A stretch of DNA of 64,000 bases from Octopus vulgaris. Lineage: Eukaryota. The stretch covers positions 30,256,001 through 30,320,000 of the forward strand of contig OX597825.1 of NCBI GenBank assembly GCA_951406725.2. The letters run 5' to 3'. A program made the translations under genes and the position numbers. The notes beneath the pieces are model-generated. The model was not told the DNA's origin, ran no database searches, and was given only the letters and a program-made list of their open reading frames with translations. This document shows, in pieces, positions 54,237 through 64,000 of this stretch (positions are counted from its first letter, which is position 1; each line of letters starts with the position of its first letter).

Positions 54237-54909
54237 ATATATGTGTGTATATATGTTTGTGTCTGTGTTTGTCCCCCTAACATCGCTTGATAATCGATGC
54301 TGGTGTGTTTACGTCCCTGTAACTTAGCGGTTCAGCAAAAGAGACCGATAGAATAAGAACTAGGTTTACAGAGAATAAGTCCTGGGGTCGATTTGCTCAA
54401 CTAAAGGTGGTGCTCCAGCATGGCCACAGTCAAATGACTGAAACAAGTAAAAGAGTAAAAAGAGTAAAAGGGTATATCTTTTACCTTTTTCTTTTTCCTT
54501 ATTTTAGTCATTAGTAATTTTAGTAATTTTGAATAATTTCTTCTTTTCTTTTTGAAGCCCAGTACGTATTCTGTCGATCTTTTTGGCCAAACTGCTAAGT
54601 TACAGGGATGTAAACACACCAACACCGGTCGTCAAGCTGTGGTGGGAAACAAACACAGGCACAACACACACACACAAAATGGGTTTCTTTCAGTTTTCAT
54701 CTACCAAATCCATGCACAAGGCTTTCATCAGATCGAGAAGACACTTGCCCAAGGTTCCACACAGTGGGACTGAACCCAAGGCCATGCAGTTGGGAAGCAA
54801 GCTTCTTACCACACAGCCATGCCTGTGCCTATATTTGCATCTATCCATATATTTATAAATGTATATGCATGCATATATGTGTGCATGTATGCAATATATA
54901 TGTGTGTGT

Positions 54910-54957
<48 letters not shown>

Positions 54958-54966
54958 ATATATTCT

Positions 54967-55213
54967 TGTGCCCTTTTAAAGCCTAGCCAGGCTCATGGGC
55001 CCGGTTTCCCAGTTTCAATGGCGTATGTGTCCCCCAGCTGGATGAGACGCCAGTCCATTGCAGCATTACTCATTTTTGCCGGCTGAGTGACTGGAGCAAT
55101 GTGAAATGAAGTGTTATGCTCAAGAACACAACGCGTCGCCCCGTCCAGGAATCGAAACCACAATCTTACGATCATGGTGCTGACACCCTAACCACTAAGC
55201 CACACGCCTCCAC
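54967..55213 (-). mobile_element. SINE family C
   Basis: Reverse complement of 7372-7618. Confidence 0.9.
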
Positions 55214-55518
55214 ATACTTATATATACATGTATAATTCCAAACCTGTTGGTGTATATATGTGTGTGTACACTTTTAAAATTCTTACTACGTCCTTCCATT
55301 TACTGTTTGACATCTCTTAACCCCATCTTTGGTAATTTGTAAATGTTTCTTTTTCACACGACAAATTATCTTTTCTTCCTTTTGTAACACATAGTAAAAG
55401 TTTCATATTCCTTTTTGTATCTCTTTGAACCCTTGTGGCCAATAAAGAAAATGTTGTTGTTACCACCATCCATTTAGAAAACATTATTATTACTATTGTT
55501 GTTTCTATTTTTGTTGCC

Positions 55519-55550
<32 letters not shown>

Positions 55551-56026
55551 GCATATTAAGATGTCTTTTCACACAAAGAATATGAGGAATGTCTTGCTCC
55601 ACTTAATATATTCGTAAATGATTTAAATATGATTGGTTTGTGCATGAATAAAGACATTTATTGGAAATATTTATCAGGTTTATAATTGAAACCTATACAA
55701 AACAGCGAAAATTACTTTATTTTTCTGAAAGACTCGGGAAAAATTATTAAATGAATTTCAATTATATATTTCCAATAATCTCTCTCATACGCAGAGATAG
55801 GCATAATTACATGTTTACATATTTATCCATATAAGAGAGAGAGAGTGTGTGTGTGTGTGTTTTTGTGTGTGTGTGTGTATGTTTTTGTGTGTGCATACAT
55901 ATACATATATAAATACATGTCAACAGGTATAGATGTAGAAATAGCTATATATAAATATATAGATGTCTTTCTTTCATCATTTGGCTATATATATATACAT
56001 ACATATATATATATTTATATATATAC

Positions 56027-56059
<33 letters not shown>

Positions 56060-56223
56060 TACATACATATATATATACATAGATAGATATACGTCTATAT
56101 ATCTATATGTGTGTGTATACATACGTATATGTCTATCTACATATGTACATGTATATGCATCTGTATACTTATGCTTATACATATAAATACATATACATAC
56201 ATACATACATATATATATGTATA

Positions 56224-56254
<31 letters not shown>

Positions 56255-56275
56255 TAGGGCTAAAACATGTGAAAG

Positions 56276-56361
<86 letters not shown>

Positions 56362-57028
56362 GTATGTATCTATATATATATATTTGGTTGGCGGATTTTC
56401 ATTGTTTAGCAATGTAGATTCAGTTGCTTGATCAACTGAATTAGCTGCTCCTTAATTAAAATGTAAGTAGCTAAATGCTCCAAAAACACATGTACACTTG
56501 GTGTATTTCTCAGACAGAGTGTGACACAGTGTACAACAAGCTGTGTCTGCTAGAATTATGGATACAATTCACTTGGTGGTCTTCTATACAGTTTCTGTTG
56601 ACTCAGTTTCACTCACAAGACATGGATCAGCCTGAACGAAAAGAAAATGTCAATTGACCAAGATGCCATGCTGTGCAATGGAAATCAAGAATTTGTGGCT
56701 GTGAAGCTAAATTTGGAATTATTCATCCATACTGTACCTACATCTGGAGGTGCTATGGCCCAGTGGTTAGGTGCTATGGCCCAGCGGACTCGAGGTCGGA
56801 GGATCGCAGTTTCGATTCCCAGACCAGGTGTTGTGTGTGTTTATTGAGCAAAAACACTTAAAGCTCCACAAGGCTCTGACAAGGGGTGGTGGTGACCCCT
56901 GTTGTACTCTTTCACCCCAACTTTCTCTCACTCGTTCTTCCTGTTTCTTGAATAATGCTGCAATGGACTGCCAGAAAGAAAAATAAAAGAGTAAAGAGAA
57001 CGTATAGAGTGCACATCAGAATATATAT

Positions 57029-57097
<69 letters not shown>

Positions 57098-57181
57098 TAC
57101 ATATATATATGTGACCGCGTGTGTACCGTTGGCAATTTTTTTTCCTCCATCTTCCCTTCTTTGGATCTTTCCTTTTCCTAT

Positions 57182-57216
57182 GTTTCTGATGAAGAGCTCC
57201 ACTTGAAACGTCAAAC
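57182..57216 (+). ncRNA. Ultra-minimal hammerhead motif in a (TA)n-flanked pLTR fragment (57110-57290)
   Basis: GTTT-CTGATGA-AGAGCTCCACTT-GAAA-CG-TC-AAAC; perfect stem I, intact core, weakened stem II; predicted cut after 57212. Confidence 0.7.
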
Positions 57217-57286
57217 CCTCATTCTTTCCTGAGCGTCCAATAATACTATACTTGTTCCACGTCCTCGCGTTGCAGTGTTTTCTCTT

Positions 57287-57318
<32 letters not shown>

Positions 57319-57322
<4 letters not shown>

Positions 57323-57980
57323 TGAAAGTGACCAAAGGGGGCAATGAGCACCAGCATTACTAAAAATAGGAGCCAAAGACTTCTTAACCACAAAAAATCA
57401 CGTTCTATTTGGACTGACAGAGGAGACAGCACCACCCTCTGTGAGTGAGCTGCATTAGATTAATATGTTAGTTTCGTATAAGAAATTAATACTTGTCAAG
57501 TGGTGGAGCCGAAATTATGCCGATCATCCTTATAGAAAATGCCACAGAAGTCAGTAATGATTTCACGAAGTGATAATGCGATAATTATAAAATAATAAAG
57601 GTGGCTGGAAACAATTTAAAACCAGAAAAGAAATAATTCACCGTCACTAAAAGTGACCAAAGGATGCAATGAGCACCAGCATTGCTAGAAGTAAGAGTCA
57701 AAGACTCTTTAGCCATCGCCCATGATGGAATAAACATTACTGATGAGTATTAATTTCTTATACAAAATTAACATGTTAATCTAATGCAGCTCACTCACAG
57801 AAGTGAGTGTTGTCTCCCCTATCAGTCCAAATCAAACATGTGACTTTTTGTGGCTAAAGTGTCTTTGACTTCTATTTCTAGCAATACTGGTGCGCATTGT
57901 ACCCTATGACCACTTTTAGTGATGGTGAACTATTTCCTTTTTGGTTTTAAATTGCTCCAACCACCTTTACTACTATTATA
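57319..57980. repeat. (TA)n-flanked three-copy fold-back element
   Basis: Copies 57319-57497 and 57586-57715 are direct; 57742-57980 is inverted relative to both. Confidence 0.85.
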
Positions 57981-60900
57981 TATATATATCATCATAATCA
58001 TCATCATCATTTAACGTTCGTTTTTCATGCTAGCATGGGTTGGACGGTTCGACCGGGGTCTGGGAAGCCAGGAGGCTGCATCAGGCTCCAGTCTGATCTG
58101 GCAGTGTTTCTACAGCTGAATGCCCTTCCTAACGCCAACCACTCCATGAGTGTTGTGGCTGCTTTTTACGTAGCACTGGCACAGGTGCCAGGGGAGGCTG
58201 GGAACGGCCACGATCGGTTGGTGGATTTTACGTGCCACCTACACGGAAGCCAGTCATCAGCTGGCATTAGCCATGTACGAATGGTGCTTTATACATGCCA
58301 CTGGTACAGATATATATATATATATTTAATGTATACAATTTGAGCTACTATTAGTTTCATGCTGTGAAAGCACAATAAACTGGCAAGCTTATGTATCATG
58401 CATGAGACACAAGGTCCACTTTGCTTCTCATTCTTTTGGGGGTCAATAGAATAATTACCAGTTGAACACTGAGGTCCATGTGATTGACAAGCCTTCTCCT
58501 CTGAAATTGCTGGCCTTGTGCCAAAAGCTGAAACCAATATTAGTAATGTACCATACTCTTATTTTACTTAGTATATATGCTGGTGGCTGAAACTCATTTA
58601 CTATCATCATAGCCAGTCAACAGAGTATTTCTTAACATAAATCATTTACATGGATGGTGATGATTAGCGGTATGGTAGATTTCCAAATTTTTATCCATAA
58701 CAATTGTTATCTACATGTTTTAAATAGAATAAAAATAGAAAATAAAAGCAAAGAAATATAATATTATGAAAATAAAACAATACGTTCTGGATATACAGCA
58801 AATTCCCTCCTGGGTGCTTTTTAATCTCCAGTCTATTTCTGTAGATTCTAGTCGTAACCACGGAGAAGGTGAACAAGATAGACTTAGTCATAAGACAAAA
58901 GTTTGTTCTGCAGTAGCTGTTACTGGCTGAGTGTGAATCCATTATAGCGTTCTGGATTGCTTTTCTTTTTTTTCTAAGGTTGTACTGTATATTTTGAGGG
59001 TGATTTGACTGCTATTTTTAGGTAACTGTAATGAAATAAGTTAAAGATATCAGATGCAGTGTGATCTGTTGCAGATGCTCTTGTGGGTGCCTTTCAATTT
59101 CCTCTTTATTTCTGCATGCAAGCAGAGTCTAATGGTGAGTCTAATCTGAGAAGGTGGGCAAGGTGGACTTGTCCACCTCCTATCAGAACAAAACAGATCC
59201 TGTTCAGCCGTACCTATTACTGGTGGAGTCTGCATTGTTGTGTTGTGCTCTAGATTAGTGAGGTTGTTATTGCTGCAGCTATTTCTGTCATCTTCATCAG
59301 TTTTACATTCTCTTTCTTTAAGCTGGCATGGGTTAGATGAGACTTACTGAAATAGTATTATAAACTGTTGGGTGTTCTTAGTGTAAGCAACCCTTATTGT
59401 ATTTCTAAGAAAGTTCTTTGTTTTATTTATTTCCCTGGTCTTCACATATGACAAAACTGCCAAGATGTTTGGTCATATTGTTTACAACAGATATAAACAA
59501 TGTCACTGATTTTGCTCAAACAATGACACGGTGAAGACATAGACACACACACACACACACACACTTGTACACATACTTGCATACTTGTACACACACTTGT
59601 ACACACACTTGTACATGCACACAAAGATATATGTGTGTGTGTGTGTGTGTGAGCATCACAATTATTAAAAACCTCACTTATTATTTATAGGAATTTTGGT
59701 TGTAACCATTTAATCATTAATATCATAATAATCAACATCAACATCACCACGAGCAACAACAACATAAAATTGTAAACAACTGTGAGATACTGGTGCAACA
59801 AAGAAACCTCTATTATAGCCTCTTAATCTATCAGAAAGAGCAGCCAAATCACCCTCATGACGTACTGAACTGTTTTAAAAGGTGGAGAAAGAGAATGTAT
59901 GTCTAGCTATACTGTGTGGTTTGTGGATGCTGCTAAGTATGACGTTCATCATCATCATCATCATCATCATCATAGTTTACCGTCCGCTTTCCCTGCTAAC
60001 ATGGGTTGGACGATTTTGACTGAGGGCTGGCAAACCAGATGGCTGCACCAGGTTCCAATCTTGATCTGGTAGAGTTTCTACAGCTTGATGCCCTTCTTAA
60101 CACCAACCACTCCGAGAGTGTAGTGGGTGCTTTTTACATGCCTCCGGCATGGTGGCCAATCAGGTGGTACTGCCAACAACCTTGCTCGAATCTTTTTACA
60201 CATGTCACCGGCACAGGTGCCAGTAAGGCGACGCTGGTAACAATCACACTTGAATGGTGCCTTTTACGTGCCACCAGCATGGAAGCCAATTAGCTGCCCT
60301 GGCAATGATCACACTCAGACAGTGCACTTGGCACCCTACTAGCACGGGTACAATTGCCAGTAAGGCAACACTGGTAACGATCACAACACTGTTCAGTTTA
60401 ATGTTCTTTGGAGTTGCTAGAAAGGAGATATATGAATGAGCGATTTGGGAGGTGATATTCTAAATCTCTGTTGTTTTTGAGTCATGTTTCAAGGTAACTT
60501 GTGTAAAGTCAGAGAAGCTGCGTATCTATGATGGCTTACAGTTTCATTGTTAAACATTGTGATTATCTCATTGTTGGCATCCCTAACCCAGAAGACCAAT
60601 AATCACAGGTGTTTTAGTCAAGACCATTACATTTTCTTTCCAGACCTAGTGTACCTAGGACAACACTGTTCAATGTATCCTTCTACTTCCACAGATTTTA
60701 CTTTCCAGTACACTGCTGTAACATCACTCCACCTGTGCTACTATCAACATCTTATTTACTTTGATATCTTTGATCTTTATTAGGTTTATCTATGAGAGAC
60801 TGCATCAGTCCACCCTCATATCTTTTCCCAGTATACTGTAATGTTACCCCTTTGTACTGTTAACTTCATCCTAAGCCTTCTGACATCCTTGCCCTTCACT

Positions 60901-61027
60901 GTTACGTTTGATAACAGACCATACTCATCCATTTTTCCGGTACATTGCAGCCTTCCCCTTCTGTACTGCCAGTATCGTATTCATCTATCTGGTACCTTCC
61001 ACCCTTCACTAGGCCTAAGTATTAGAG

Positions 61028-61462
61028 ACAGCATCAATCACACTGCATCAGAGAGCATCAGAATGCATCAAACAAACTGCATCAAACAGATTGCATTAAC
61101 CAGAGTGCATCAGAGAGCATCAGAAGGCATAAAAAAGACTGCTTCAAACAGACGGCATCAAACAAATTGCATCAGACAACACCAGACTGCGTCAGAATAC
61201 ATTAATCAGACTGCATGAAACAGACTGCATCAAACAGATTGCATCAGACAGCATCAAAATGCATCAAACAAACTGCATCAAATAGATTGCATCAGATTGA
61301 ATTAACCAGACTGCATCAGAATGCATCAAAAAGACTGCATTGAACAGACAGCATCAAACAAATTGCATTAGATGGCATCAACATGCATCAGACAACATAA
61401 AACTGCATCAAACAACATCAGACTGCATCAGAATGCATTGATCAGACTGCATCAAACAGACA
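61028..61462. repeat. Variable-unit minisatellite built on GCATCA (units ~9-14 bp)
   Basis: Repeats of GCATCAAACAGACT, GCATCAGAAT and GCATCAGACA. Confidence 0.9.
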
Positions 61463-62685
61463 ACATGAAGTCACCTACATTCCCCTTCTTAATACTCTTT
61501 GACTTTACCACTCTGTCTGTCTGTCTCTCACTCTTTATCTCTCTCTCTCTCTTCCCTGGGCCGTTTCTATTTCTCCCCATTACCTCTTGCTGTTATCCCA
61601 TTACCCACCTTTACATCAGTCTACCTCTGCCATTGGCAATCATTTTCCAGCTTCCTCCACTCTACATAATCCTACCTTTCTTTTTCCATTATACATTTAT
61701 TCCTTCCACTCTCTCATCCAATGCTGCTTCTTCTGGTCATTATGTTTCGAGGGTTATTAGGCTGCTCTTTCTAATAGGTTGAGTGATTATATTTACACTT
61801 CAATGTTGTACTATGATGTTCTGGCTGTTTAGGAATTTGATGGTATTGTTGTTGTTCTTCACGATGACAATGATGATGGTGACCATGACGATGATGACAC
61901 TGATAATTATGATATTAATAATTAAATGGTTGTATTAGAAATTACTGAAAAATTTCTATCAATAATAATTGATGTTGTTGATAATTGTGATGATCTTATT
62001 GATGAAGAGTGTAAAGCTGCTGTTGTTATTGATTTTGATGTACTTGTTGTTGTTGTTGTAGCTGTTATTACTGTTGTTGTTGTTGTTGTGGTTATTGAGT
62101 GTGGTGTGGATGATGATGATGATTGTGGTGATGGAGAAAATGTTTTGGCCTTTTTCATTTTAATTTTGAAATAAAATTGAATGCAATCCAATAAAAAGCA
62201 ATAAGCACTCATCACAGACACATACACACACACACACACACCAACACATATACAGACACAAACATGTTCACACTCACACAACTAATATACATACCCACAT
62301 ATGTATATGAATGCATATAGATATTTGTAAACACACATATGTATATATATTTGTATGTATACATATATATGTATATATATATATGCATATATATATATAT
62401 GTATGTATATATATATATATATATATATACAGACAGACAAGCATGCACACACACATACACACACAAATACACACAGACACAGAATGACAAACAGACACAT
62501 ATTCTCATGGCATCAATATCTATTTTATTTGGCATTAAAAATTCTTTGTTGAATTAAAATCCTAAGAACATTAAGTAAACACAAAAGAAATGCCAGTATT
62601 ATAGAATTATTTTTTCACCATTTTCATCTACATAATAATAATATACACACTTCACACCCAATTAATACATACATATATACATACA

Positions 62686-62719
<34 letters not shown>

Positions 62720-63632
62720 CATACATACATATAGCATGATCATCATTATGGTCATTATGTTTATCGTCATCGTCATCATCATCATCATTATCATTTTACA
62801 TATGTTTCCATGGGTTGCTATGGGTTGGAGAGGTCATCACATTCTGCCTCTCAAAGTCTAGGTTCATAATTACTAGCTGGTATGATGCCCTTCCCAATGC
62901 CTGAGGCTGTGTTTGCATTTTCTCATGGAGTCAACACACAAAGGCGGCAAGCTGGCAGAAACATTAGTATGACGGGCGAAATACTTAGCGGTATTTCATC
63001 TGTCTTTACGTTCTGAGTTCAATTTCTACCAAGCTTTCATCCTATCGGGGTTTATAAATTGAGTACCAGTTGCATACTGGGGTTGATCTAGTCCACTGGA
63101 CCCCAACTCCCCCAAAATTTCAGGCCTTGTGCCTAGAGTAGAAAAGAATATACATATACACCACTTCTTACATGTATCTTTTGTATGATGTAAAAGGATA
63201 AAATCTCTTTATATGTATCAGTGGATGTTTATGTGCATGTATGTATATGCATATGCATGTGTTTGTTACCTATATATATATATATATATATGTATGCAGA
63301 ATAAGACTGAAGTTTCGATTTTGACTGTATGATATATGAATATAATGACATTATTTGTTGAATTAATGTGCTTGCATCTTTCATAAGCATCTGTCTATAT
63401 ATTATGTTATACAATATTATATTATATTATATTATGCTATATTCTATGTGGTATTTTCCATTTACTATGTATTGTGAATAGCAGAATGCACATAATCTAA
63501 TATTAGTATTATTAATAATAATAATAATAATATTAATAGTTTTGGTAATGTAATGAACATTGTATATGTACCCATTGACGTGGATGTATATGTATACTCC
63601 AGTATATATATTTGATTATTATATATATATAT

Positions 63633-63978
63633 ATGAAAGAATGGAGTCGAACGACGATTTTAACAAAATTCCTTTACTCTCGACATGGGTTCCTTGTCTT
63701 TCCTGATGAGAAGGCAGCATAATGCACCCTTTATTCCTTCGGAATTAAGAATATGCAGTCTTTGAAACATATGTCAAGAGTAAAGGAATTTTGTTAAAAT
63801 CGTCATTCGACTCCATTCTTTCATTTATTCATAGTTAAAATAACACACAAATTTCCACACGAGAACACGGGATTTCTGCCCTTGGCATGTAGCTTCAACC
63901 GTGTTTTCTGACATGAATTTGCTACCCAGATATCGGTTAACCAAATTATCCATACTAGGATAATTCATTCACCTACTT
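63633..63978 (+). mobile_element. (TA)n-flanked PLE pLTR with a 54-bp inverted 5' segment
   Basis: 63633-63686 is inverted to 63771-63824 (2 mismatches); the tail CATGAATTTGCTACCC matches 23890-23906 on the minus strand. Confidence 0.8.
63698..63780 (+). ncRNA. Minimal type I hammerhead ribozyme motif
   Basis: CTTTC-CTGATGA-GAAGGCAGCAT...ATGCAGTCTTT-GAAA-C-ATAT-G-TC-AAGAG; predicted cut after 63775. Confidence 0.75.
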
Positions 63979-64000
63979 ATATATATATATATATATACAT

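Noticed and set aside
57740-57746. CTGATGA inside the fold-back element
   Set aside because: No downstream GAAA or stems; it appears to be created by a deletion junction.

Overview
AT-rich, microsatellite-dense eukaryotic DNA with no confidently identifiable host gene. The SINE families and (TA)n/(CA)n/(GAT)n/(TAA)n load resemble an octopus (coleoid cephalopod) genome; this is an inference from repeat recognition. Almost all long ORF calls are microsatellite artefacts. Real coding remnants are transposon-derived: a 5'-truncated RTE LINE with a 9-bp TSD nested in a SINE (9109-11007), a near-intact Tc1/DD34E transposon (27349-29061), decayed maT/DD37D and hAT-like transposases, R4/Dong pieces in (TAA)n, a HERO-like 3' end, and Penelope-like (PLE) RT/GIY-YIG remnants. 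The main hidden signal is a dispersed set of minimal hammerhead-ribozyme motifs (four with a near-canonical core, about five decayed) in PLE pseudo-LTR fragments, mostly next to (TA)n tracts and often in fold-back arrangements. There is also a candidate non-circularly permuted hammerhead in the HERO-like 3' UTR. All RNA folds were read by eye and are untested.
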